The notes under the pieces were generated by a model. The model was not told where the DNA came from. It saw only the letters and a program-made list of their open reading frames with translations, and ran no database searches. Position numbers and translations under genes: made by a program. 64,000 bases of DNA from positions 230,600 to 294,599 of IMG/VR virus record IMGVR_UViG_3300048854_000232; one strand, 5' to 3'. The stretch comes from a virus. This document shows, in pieces, positions 45,742-54,469 of this stretch (within the stretch, counting starts at the first letter, position 1; each line of letters begins with the position of its first letter).

Positions 45742-48066
45742 ATGCATCCCAACAACCAGTCGCTCCCGGTCAATCCGACCCAGATCGACGGCGCCTCGTG
45801 GATCCCACAAGGTCTGCCCCATCAGCCCCCGTTCGTCCCTTCGATCAATGCCGGTCAGCTTCAGCCGCTGCTGCCGTTGATTACCGGGATGGCCATTCTG
45901 GTCCTGCAGAACAACGCCCAGAAGAACCCGCTGCGTACGTTCAACTACAACCTGTGCGCTCGTAACCAGTTCCAGAACGAGGACTTCCAGTCCTTCCTGG
46001 GCGCGGCGATCGAGTACTCGGAGTTCATCATCGCCACCCAGCGGATGCCGCCGGAACAGGCCGTGGAAGTAGCGTGCGAGGAACTGGGTGCGATCTTCGT
46101 CGCCCTGAACGCTCGTAAGTACCCGGCCCTGGGCCAGTACATCCATCCGCAGTTGAAGATCGAGCTCGACGGCCTCATGCAGCGCTTCGAAGAGATCCGT
46201 CGGAACATCGACGGCTACCAGAAGGGTGCCGCCCCCACGGGTCCGGCTCAGCACTACCAGGCTCACAACCCGCACGCCAACGCGGGCTATCGTGCCGCAC
46301 CGGCAGCGCCCACCTACGGCTACGGTGGAAGCAATGCCGGTTGGAACAACAACTGGGCTCAGCCCCGTCCGATGAACCCTGCCTATCCGGGCGGGGGTGG
46401 ACCGGCTTACGGTGGTGGTGCGCCTGGCTATGGTGCCGGGTATCCCGCGCCGGCGGGCTATGGTGCTGGTCCGGCAACGGGCTATCCGGGCATGCCGATG
46501 GGTGGTCACGGTTATGGTCAGCCCCGTCCGGGCGTGAACATGAGCGGGAACAACCTGTTTGTCGGTGGTCCGGCGGCAGCCCACAATCCGCTGCCGGGTT
46601 CGACGCCGTCCTTTGGCATGGGACGTCGCAAGAACCAGGTCCCGCCGCCGCCCAGCGGTACGATGGAAGAGGTCTCGATGGGCCACAACGAGCCGACCAG
46701 CTCGCGTAAGGTCTTCATCCCGCCCGCTCCCAAGGACGACTACGGTCAGCTCCAGCCGGTCCGTTCGGCGTTCAAGAGCGAAGTCGCCTACACCCCGCCC
46801 GCACCGGAACCGATGGAACTGCCCGAGGACACGTTCGTCTCGGTCGGCGATGTGAGCGAGTACCCGAAGGTGCGTGATCTGAGCCGTCCCTACGATGCAA
46901 TCCAGGTCGAAGAGGGCGTCGAACTGCGTCCGGCGTTCAAGTCCGGCTGGAAACTGTCCTTCAACGAGGAGAACCCGTACCCCACCCTGTACGATCCGAC
47001 CACCCACATTCTCTTCCATCTGCGTAAGGCCGATGGGAAGGTGGTGGAAATCGTCAAAGCGAGGCAACCTGACATGAACTACCTGGACAACGAGATCGAT
47101 CCGAAGCTCCGTGCCCAGCAGCGTACGTTGGAGAAAGACGGCAAGACGGTGGTGCCCAACCATGCACTGGTGGTGAAGATGCGTCCGCATCCGAAGCTGC
47201 CCATTTCCACGGTGGTCGAAAATACTGACGAGGAGGGTATCGAGGACGTCTCCAAGCTGCCCGAACCGGTGGTGGTCGAGAACGCGGTGCAGGGTCACTC
47301 CCTGCAGGAAGTGGAAACCAAGGTCTCGCTGCGTCTGCCCGAGGGTGAGCACCTGAAGTCCGGCCGTAACCCGGTGGAGTACTACGCTGACCTGGTCACC
47401 CCGGTGGAAGCCAGCCCGAACGAGATCGCTACGATCAAGTCCCTGGCCGGTATCCAGAACTTCGAAGAGTTCAAGATGAAGCTCCTGGCTGCCCAGACCC
47501 AGGAACAGATCAGCTTCACCGTGTTCGATACGATCGATAACCGGCTGGCCAATGCCATCAACGTGGCGCTGGCTAAGAACATGAACCTGCCGGGCTGGTC
47601 GATCGAAAGCTTCATCGAAGACTTCGTCGAGCTGTGCCAGATGCTCACCGAAACCTACAGCAAGAACCTGGTCGAGACGTTCAAGCGTCATGCGGCCGAG
47701 ATCATTGCCTCGTCGGTGTCGGTGCTCTCGGGCGACGCGTTTGCTAAGTACCTGAAAGCCATGGGCATCGAGGACCATCAGGCCCCGCCCAAGGTGGTTG
47801 TATTCCGTGAACGCTGCTCGGTGACACACGTGCCGTGGGATCTCGAGACCATCATGGCCACCGTGGAAGACGGTGGTATGGTGAAGGAATCGGAGATGCC
47901 TAACCTGTACGCGGCGGTCAAGGCCATCATGGTCCGGACCTCCGATCAGACGGTGCCGTTCGCCAAGCGCTTCCTCGCCACCAATAATGGCGAGCAGCTG
48001 GAAATCCGCAAGGGTTTCTTCGGCGTTGAAAGCTACCTGCTGTATAAGGTCTCCAATAACTCGTAA
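45742..48066 (+). CDS. conserved phiKZ-like protein with a G/P/Y/N low-complexity region
   Basis: 774 aa; AAGGAG RBS; follows the nvRNAP subunit gene. Confidence 0.8.
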   Translation: MHPNNQSLPVNPTQIDGASWIPQGLPHQPPFVPSINAGQLQPLLPLITGMAILVLQNNAQKNPLRTFNYNLCARNQFQNEDFQSFLGAAIEYSEFIIATQRMPPEQAVEVACEELGAIFVALNARKYPALGQYIHPQLKIELDGLMQRFEEIRRNIDGYQKGAAPTGPAQHYQAHNPHANAGYRAAPAAPTYGYGGSNAGWNNNWAQPRPMNPAYPGGGGPAYGGGAPGYGAGYPAPAGYGAGPATGYPGMPMGGHGYGQPRPGVNMSGNNLFVGGPAAAHNPLPGSTPSFGMGRRKNQVPPPPSGTMEEVSMGHNEPTSSRKVFIPPAPKDDYGQLQPVRSAFKSEVAYTPPAPEPMELPEDTFVSVGDVSEYPKVRDLSRPYDAIQVEEGVELRPAFKSGWKLSFNEENPYPTLYDPTTHILFHLRKADGKVVEIVKARQPDMNYLDNEIDPKLRAQQRTLEKDGKTVVPNHALVVKMRPHPKLPISTVVENTDEEGIEDVSKLPEPVVVENAVQGHSLQEVETKVSLRLPEGEHLKSGRNPVEYYADLVTPVEASPNEIATIKSLAGIQNFEEFKMKLLAAQTQEQISFTVFDTIDNRLANAINVALAKNMNLPGWSIESFIEDFVELCQMLTETYSKNLVETFKRHAAEIIASSVSVLSGDAFAKYLKAMGIEDHQAPPKVVVFRERCSVTHVPWDLETIMATVEDGGMVKESEMPNLYAAVKAIMVRTSDQTVPFAKRFLATNNGEQLEIRKGFFGVESYLLYKVSNNS

Positions 48067-48085
48067 AGGCGAGGAGACTCGTGAG

Positions 48086-48171
48086 GGCATAACGGGAGTC
48101 CCCTGACCTTGCGGTCAGGGGACTCCTATGCCGTTTCTCACACGGGAGCTAACACTCCCGTTTTTTTTTTT
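48086..48171. terminator. double hairpin bidirectional terminator
   Basis: GGCATA..GGAGTCCCCTGACC-TTGC-GGTCAGGGGACTCC-TATGCCGT, then ACGGGAG/CTCCCGT hairpin and T11. Confidence 0.8.
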
Positions 48172-48177
48172 GTGCCC

Positions 48178-51100
48178 TTAGCGCTTGGGCGGAGGCGGCA
48201 CGGCCAGCTTGGGCTTGGTCTTCCCCTGGAGGTGTTCATCCAGATTCAGATCCTCATCCGCCGGAGGCGTCTCCTCTTCCTTCGCAGCCGGCGCAGACGC
48301 TTCCAGGTGCTTGTCCAGACTCAGATCCGGGTTATCCCCTTCGGCGGGCTCTTCGGCAGGCGCCGAGGGCTCTTCAGCAGGGGCAGCCGGTTCGTCGGTC
48401 TGGATATTCGCCACGTGGTCGTCCAGGTTCAGCTCTGCATCGGCATCCGGGGTCGGTTCCTCAGCCGGTTCGGCGGGGGTCGTCTCCTTGGTCTCGTCCG
48501 TATCCGCGGCAGCGACATGATCATCCAGACTCAGGTCCGCCGTGTCTTCGGTCGTATCCGCCGGGAGGTCGGCCGTGGGGCTCTCTTCCGTGGTAGTGCT
48601 GGTGTCCGTATCACCCGTGGCCGAAGCCTCGGTATCGGTCGCACCGGCATCGGCCATGTGATCGTCCAAGGACAGATCCGCAGATTCCCCCGTATCAGCA
48701 CCAGTGTCACCACCGGCGTCCAGACCCGAGGTAGCGTCGTCCAGACTACCGAAGTCGTCCGAACCACCGCCACCGCCTGCATCCAGACCACCCAGGCCAT
48801 CATCCCCACTACCGCCCATGCCACCGTCACCGCCACCCATGTCGCCCGCACCGCCGGCAGGTGCCGTGGTGCCGTACTTCTCATCAACCTTGGCCAGCCG
48901 TTCGTTGCGCTTGGCAGTCATGGCCTTCAGATGGGTGATGTACGACTCGATCGAAGCGCCCAGGGATTCCAGGTGGGCCTCGTTGGTTTCCATGAGGTTG
49001 AAGGCGGGAGACCCGTCATCACCCAGCGTGGTCAAGTCATCCAGCTCCGCCAGTACGTTGTTGTTACGCAGCCACTGACGGATGTAGTGGGCTTTGATCG
49101 CGGCCTTGGTCGGTTCGATGTACTCGGCCATCTCGCCCATTGCCGAGGCATCCATGAAGGAAGCATCGATATAAGCGGCGATCGCCTTGTCCAGAGCTTC
49201 GACGTACTGATCGTAGGCCTTCATCTGGTTTTCGAGCGTGGAGGTATCCGGTGCCGGCAGGGTCACCCGAATGGCAGCGATGAATTCCAGCAGCAGGTGT
49301 TCCAGACCCAGTTCGATCGAACCATCGTCTGCTTCGCGACTACCCTCTTCCTGATCCGGGCGACGACGTTCGAGCTTGTCGGAGTGCTTGAAGATGTCGT
49401 TGCTGACTTCCGCCTGACGATCCTCCGCACGACGGGCCACGGGACGCTCGCTGCTGCGCTGAACCTGATCCTTCTGCTCGTTGGTGAGCTTCTCCTTGTT
49501 CTCCTCCATCACCTCACGCAGCTCGTCCATCAAGTAACCGGAGTTCAGGATGTACTTCTGGATGAAGTCGGACAGGAACGAGACCAGGAGCTGCTGATAG
49601 ATCAGCACGCGCTTGGTCAGGAGCAGGTTGTTCTGGATGATCGTCGTAGCGAACTCCGCACCGGCACCGGCGGTCACCGTTTCCGGGGACAGGCCCATCG
49701 ACATCAGGTGACGATCGCGCAGGGAGTTTTCCAGTTCCTGATCCGGCTTGGCACGGTTGGAGGTTTTATCCTCCACGTCCATCTTGGTTTCCGGATAGGC
49801 GGTGTTACCCGACACGGCCACATCGATCGAGGCATTCTGCAAGAACGAGACCAAATCGATCGGGCTACTCGCACCCAAGGGGTACGAGGACTGACGGGTC
49901 TTGGCATGCTCGTGCATCAGGAACTCGACCGTGGAGGACGGATCCGGATCGTTGGGGTCCAGCTGGATGTTCAACCGCGTGCGACCGACGGAGTTCTTGA
50001 TGTCGGCCATGGTGTGCGCGAAGAGCAGCATGGCACGCATGCCACCGATGATCTTCGAGTTCTGCAGCAACGAGGTGCCCACGCCGTACTTGTTGTAGTC
50101 GAAGGCGATGTAGGTCATGAGTTCGCGCGGGATGTACAGGGCTTGGGTATGCATCCGCGCCGCCGCACGGGCGAACATGATCCGGTAGGCTTCCTGCGGC
50201 TTGGCCACGGCCACATTGTCGCCGTAAGCGCCGTGGTGCAGGCGATGCAAGAGCTCTTCTTCGATGAGGTCCGAGTAGATCCGGTTGAGCTCATCGATGT
50301 CGTTTTCCTTGTTCGTCTGCCGACCCTGCTCCATGCGCTTGGTGGTGGCCAAGAGCTGGGTAACCATCTCGTTGTTGCCGTTGATGTTTGTCGACAGGTC
50401 CGTGTAGTAGTCGGACTCCTGCTGATGCATCAGGGGGTTGCCCTGTTCATCCAGCAGTACGAAGTAACCCAGATGCTCTTCCGGGTTGGACGGCATGTGC
50501 ACCGGGATGACGCACTCGGACGGTAGCTTCATGACGAGCGGGTGACCGACCGTCTTCTTCTTAAGGTGCGAGGGCGGGGTGATCGCCAGCACCGGCACGG
50601 CCTTGTAACGACGGTGACGGTAGAGCGAGCCTTTGTCCCGGGTCTGGCCCTTGTGGCTTTCGATCGAGACCGCGTCCTGCCGGACCTTGATGCCCATGTT
50701 GCGCGCGCCGAGAAGATCGGCCACGCGGTCCTGCTGCATCTTCGACCGCAGCATCGGGACCTTCAGGATCGAGGGATTATCGGTGATCGAGAGCATCGGA
50801 TCGAAGCCGCCCTTGTGGGGGTTGACCTTCGGCTCGTACGAATCCGTCTGGTTGTAAGCACCCCAGAGGGATTCCATACCAGTTTTCTGACCCGGACGGG
50901 ATTGACCCAGGATCCCCAGGTGCACGGTGCGCCCATCGATACCGACCTGATCAGACACCGACTCCATGGTCACTCGCGCAGGCGAGTTGATCGCATCGTC
51001 GATCGAGTTCTCCGGCAGGATCACCAGCGGATAGGAACCCGTATAAAACAGGACGTCCTGCAAGATCTTCGGCAGGATGTCGGTAATTTTATAAGAGTTG

Positions 51101-51513
51101 TCAAAGTACTCTGTGATCTTTTCCAGCAAGGCACCGACGACGCCACCATCAAAGGCGGTCTGCTCGACGGTGAAGTTCAAGTCAACCTTGACCATGTCCT
51201 TGGGCGAGAGAATCACGCTGACCAGGATCTGCATGGCCAGTTCGGTATCGGGCAGCATCTGGAAGATAGCTGCCGCGTCCTGGTTGTTCGCAGCGGCGAT
51301 CGAGGAGATCTTCTGCAGCAGGCCAATGTCCGGGGCTTTCAGGCCCTTGTTGGTCATCGGCGAAGTGCCCTGACCTTTGTCCTGGCTCTTGACGAGCTTG
51401 GCCATGACAGCCGCGACGGCTGGGTCGGCGCGCTTCATGTCCACCCGGGGGAAGGACTTCTGTCCCACCGGCTGGCCGAACGTGCTCGGTAGTCCGTCAG
51501 TCGAGCTACTCAT
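48178..51513 (-). CDS. portal protein (phiKZ gp129-like) with a long acidic C-terminal tail
   Basis: LPDTELAMQILVSVILSPKDM, GHPLVMKLPSECVIPVH, HLGYFVLLD, YIAFDY; divergent from the gp128-like gene. Confidence 0.8.
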   Translation of the reverse strand: MSSSTDGLPSTFGQPVGQKSFPRVDMKRADPAVAAVMAKLVKSQDKGQGTSPMTNKGLKAPDIGLLQKISSIAAANNQDAAAIFQMLPDTELAMQILVSVILSPKDMVKVDLNFTVEQTAFDGGVVGALLEKITEYFDNSYKITDILPKILQDVLFYTGSYPLVILPENSIDDAINSPARVTMESVSDQVGIDGRTVHLGILGQSRPGQKTGMESLWGAYNQTDSYEPKVNPHKGGFDPMLSITDNPSILKVPMLRSKMQQDRVADLLGARNMGIKVRQDAVSIESHKGQTRDKGSLYRHRRYKAVPVLAITPPSHLKKKTVGHPLVMKLPSECVIPVHMPSNPEEHLGYFVLLDEQGNPLMHQQESDYYTDLSTNINGNNEMVTQLLATTKRMEQGRQTNKENDIDELNRIYSDLIEEELLHRLHHGAYGDNVAVAKPQEAYRIMFARAAARMHTQALYIPRELMTYIAFDYNKYGVGTSLLQNSKIIGGMRAMLLFAHTMADIKNSVGRTRLNIQLDPNDPDPSSTVEFLMHEHAKTRQSSYPLGASSPIDLVSFLQNASIDVAVSGNTAYPETKMDVEDKTSNRAKPDQELENSLRDRHLMSMGLSPETVTAGAGAEFATTIIQNNLLLTKRVLIYQQLLVSFLSDFIQKYILNSGYLMDELREVMEENKEKLTNEQKDQVQRSSERPVARRAEDRQAEVSNDIFKHSDKLERRRPDQEEGSREADDGSIELGLEHLLLEFIAAIRVTLPAPDTSTLENQMKAYDQYVEALDKAIAAYIDASFMDASAMGEMAEYIEPTKAAIKAHYIRQWLRNNNVLAELDDLTTLGDDGSPAFNLMETNEAHLESLGASIESYITHLKAMTAKRNERLAKVDEKYGTTAPAGGAGDMGGGDGGMGGSGDDGLGGLDAGGGGGSDDFGSLDDATSGLDAGGDTGADTGESADLSLDDHMADAGATDTEASATGDTDTSTTTEESPTADLPADTTEDTADLSLDDHVAAADTDETKETTPAEPAEEPTPDADAELNLDDHVANIQTDEPAAPAEEPSAPAEEPAEGDNPDLSLDKHLEASAPAAKEEETPPADEDLNLDEHLQGKTKPKLAVPPPPKR

Positions 51514-51564
51514 AGTGAAAACTCCTCGTTAAGTCGTTCTTTATCTGTTTACTGGAGACGCCCC

Positions 51565-53985
51565 GTGTCCAAGGCGCAATACGATATCTATATCGACAAG
51601 GTCAAAGACCTGGCGAACACATTGGTGGTAAAGAGCGAAGCTGCCGCCGATGCGATCAATGCTGATCGCAAAGAGCTGGGCTATGACGTCAACGCCGGCG
51701 ATCCAACCACGTGGAAGTATTACCTCAACGTGTCCGGGCAGTACCATAGTTCCGACACACCAATGACGGTGATTTCGCTCGATACGCTTCAAACGATAGA
51801 CTTCACCAAGGACAATTTGCAGATTCACCTGACTACTGCCCGTGAATACACCTACGGCAGTCGGTACTACAATGATCTGCTCTCCCGTTTCCCTGAGCAG
51901 GAGCTGCTCATCCAGGGTATTCTGCACCCGGTGGATCTGACCAAGGCGATCAATGCGCCGGACGCGGCGATCCTCTGGTTCGATACGACGCTGGTGGAAG
52001 ATAATGAGGAGAACCTCATTGCCGAGCTGCAGGACTGGATCAACCGGTTCATGGTCCGTTGGGATGTCCCAGCTTACCGGCTGGCGGACGACCTCTACGC
52101 GGCTTCCCAGCTGGCGATGCTCTACCTGGGCATCGTGCTGGAGATCCTGAACATCCGGCTGGCCAACTGCAAGACCCGCTTTGCGCACAGCTACCACATC
52201 CGCGAGTACCTGGCCTCCAACGGCCGGCTGGACGCGTACGTGGACAACCTGACCAAGAAGCAGATGCTCTGGCTGTACCGGAACATCCTGTATATCCAGC
52301 GTAACGCCGGCAAGCAGGATACGTTCCAATCGCTGACCAAGAACATCCTGACCGACCGCGGCCTGCCGCTGGTGGGTTGGAACATGCGGCACAACTTGAC
52401 CCACATGCCAGATAACCTGGTTCCGGATATCGAGTTCGAACGGGCACCGATCAACTACGGGCTGTCCAGTGCCGGTACGGATACGCGGACCGTGGGCCAG
52501 TTGCTGGAAGCGGAAGTGGATGTGGCCAAGGGCAACGCCCGGGTCGAGCTCGACGCTGAGACCACGATCACCGAGCAGATGGAACTGTCCTTGAATGACC
52601 GGTTGCAGACGAAAGTCTTGGAATCGGCGATTCTGGATCTGACCGACTCCTCGCCGTTCACCCTGTCCGATGCGTTGCTGAACCACTGGATGTACTTTGC
52701 CAAGCTGGGCTTCTACAACGCGATCATCACGGTGGACAACCCGCACACCGGTGGCACCTACACCTTTAACATGCTCGATGCGTTTGTGGTCTGGCTCTAC
52801 GCTTACAACGCCTCCCACGGGATCGTGTTGCAGACGTTGCCAGTCTTGCAGGCCATCCATGTCCGTCGGATTCCGCCGCCGACCAAGGCTGAGCTCCTGG
52901 GCATCATCGATCAGAAGTGGGTTGATCCCACCCTGGTGGATGCCGCCTTCCAGAACCTACCGCCGGTAGCCAACCACTATATCTCGACCGAGGGCTTCTA
53001 CAACGCCGCGCTCGCGATCCATGACGGTGAGCTCTACCATCGGTTCCTCTATGCCACCCAGGAGCATTACATCGCTCGGGGCCAGGTCGAACAGATGACC
53101 CAGCGCTTCTACCAGGACTACACGGTGGATCTGGGCGGGCAGACCTACACGGCATGGTTTGCCGAACGGGGTCTGGATATTGCTTCGCTGACGGACCTGG
53201 AACAGGACCTGTTGGCTACGCAGGTCCTTTCGGTGGCCACGGGTGCGAACCTTAAGAAGTCGCAGAGCCTGAAAGAAATGCAGGCGGCGATGCTGGCGAT
53301 CATGACCCAGCTGTCCTCGTACTCGGTGCAGTACCTGCAGTCGATCAACTCCGATCCCATCCGCGTGCCGGACTCCCCGGTCATTCGTCTGGGCGATACC
53401 CACGTGCATGCCGGGGACCTGGTCCCAGTGGATGCCTTGGACGTGCGAGTGGTCGACACCGACGGCTCGGCGTCCGCGCTGTACGATCTGGACTTGGCCG
53501 AATCGTTGGTGGATTACACCGCCTCGGTCCGCGCGCATCGTCTGGAGCAGGCCGACTTCACGTTGGACTTCACTTACAGTGGCTTGATCGAGCTGCGTGA
53601 GACGATCCCGCTGGCGGACTTCCGCATCCTGCGGGTGATCGAATCGACCTACCAAGCTTCCGATGTGACGGTGACCCGGACCAACGACTACGTTCCGCTG
53701 ACGGTGCAGCCGTTGACCGAGGCGTTCACGTCGCTCCAGTCGCCCAACTACACGCTGACCAGCGCCGAACGGACCACGCTCGCCACCCGTTGGCAGGCGT
53801 ACCGCGATGCCAGTGGTCCGCTGAAGGAGCCGTTGGACGAAGTGATCGCTGACAAGGACCTGCCGGGTCTGACCTATCCGGAACTGATCACCCTGCGTAA
53901 CACCGACCTGGGTGGGCTGACCTACCCCGTACCGGTGGAAGGCGATCCGGACTTGGATGGCTTGACTTACCCCTTCACTGACTAA
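51565..53985 (+). CDS. virion structural protein (phiKZ gp128-like)
   Basis: TWKYYLNVSGQYH, HSYHIREYLAS, LWLYRNILYIQRNAGKQ, QLSSYSVQY. Confidence 0.8.
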   Translation: MSKAQYDIYIDKVKDLANTLVVKSEAAADAINADRKELGYDVNAGDPTTWKYYLNVSGQYHSSDTPMTVISLDTLQTIDFTKDNLQIHLTTAREYTYGSRYYNDLLSRFPEQELLIQGILHPVDLTKAINAPDAAILWFDTTLVEDNEENLIAELQDWINRFMVRWDVPAYRLADDLYAASQLAMLYLGIVLEILNIRLANCKTRFAHSYHIREYLASNGRLDAYVDNLTKKQMLWLYRNILYIQRNAGKQDTFQSLTKNILTDRGLPLVGWNMRHNLTHMPDNLVPDIEFERAPINYGLSSAGTDTRTVGQLLEAEVDVAKGNARVELDAETTITEQMELSLNDRLQTKVLESAILDLTDSSPFTLSDALLNHWMYFAKLGFYNAIITVDNPHTGGTYTFNMLDAFVVWLYAYNASHGIVLQTLPVLQAIHVRRIPPPTKAELLGIIDQKWVDPTLVDAAFQNLPPVANHYISTEGFYNAALAIHDGELYHRFLYATQEHYIARGQVEQMTQRFYQDYTVDLGGQTYTAWFAERGLDIASLTDLEQDLLATQVLSVATGANLKKSQSLKEMQAAMLAIMTQLSSYSVQYLQSINSDPIRVPDSPVIRLGDTHVHAGDLVPVDALDVRVVDTDGSASALYDLDLAESLVDYTASVRAHRLEQADFTLDFTYSGLIELRETIPLADFRILRVIESTYQASDVTVTRTNDYVPLTVQPLTEAFTSLQSPNYTLTSAERTTLATRWQAYRDASGPLKEPLDEVIADKDLPGLTYPELITLRNTDLGGLTYPVPVEGDPDLDGLTYPFTD

Positions 53986-53994
53986 AGGTGCACT

Positions 53995-54468
53995 ATGACC
54001 ACCAGTTGTCTGGCCCTGTTGGCCCTGCCTCCTGAGGCAGCGTTGACACAAATGGTCCAAGACGCATTGGTGTCGGGAGTGGTAGCGACGGACTTGGCCC
54101 TGGGTAGCCCAACGGCTACCCAGGGCCTTTCCATGGCGCTGCCTATTTCGATTCCTGCTGACACGATCTCCAAGCCGGAGTGGGACTACTTCGGCTCAGC
54201 CGTTTTGAACTACACCCGTCTGGACTTGGCGGACACCTTCACCGGGATTGACCTGGCGTTCAAGGTGACCCTGCCAACCACCAGCGACATTTTGGCTCAG
54301 GAAATGGCCACCGCCTTTGGCATCGTCTTCGAAGAGGGCGATTATGTCCAGGAGGCAGTGAACGTTGCCCCTGGGCAGATCTACCTGTTCCGTGCAGCGT
54401 CCACGAGCACCCGTTGGAAGGGGAGCGTCGTGATGACCCTGTACCCGACCTTCGGCCAAGGAGCCTAA
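53995..54468 (+). CDS. virion structural protein (anchor-domain only, gp130-like)
   Basis: YTRLDL motif shared with the tail proteins. Confidence 0.7.
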   Translation: MTTSCLALLALPPEAALTQMVQDALVSGVVATDLALGSPTATQGLSMALPISIPADTISKPEWDYFGSAVLNYTRLDLADTFTGIDLAFKVTLPTTSDILAQEMATAFGIVFEEGDYVQEAVNVAPGQIYLFRAASTSTRWKGSVVMTLYPTFGQGA

Positions 54469-54469
54469 G

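Noticed and set aside
48161-48171. Poly-T tract as a phase-variation site
   Set aside because: It is intergenic and directly follows a hairpin, so it is explained as a terminator U-tract
48109-50526. 805-aa plus-strand ORF opposite the portal (likewise 45604-48090 -, 43824-45365 -, 38080-39354 +, 31997-34135 +, 61733-63640 -)
   Set aside because: Shadow ORFs overlapping well-supported genes on the opposite strand
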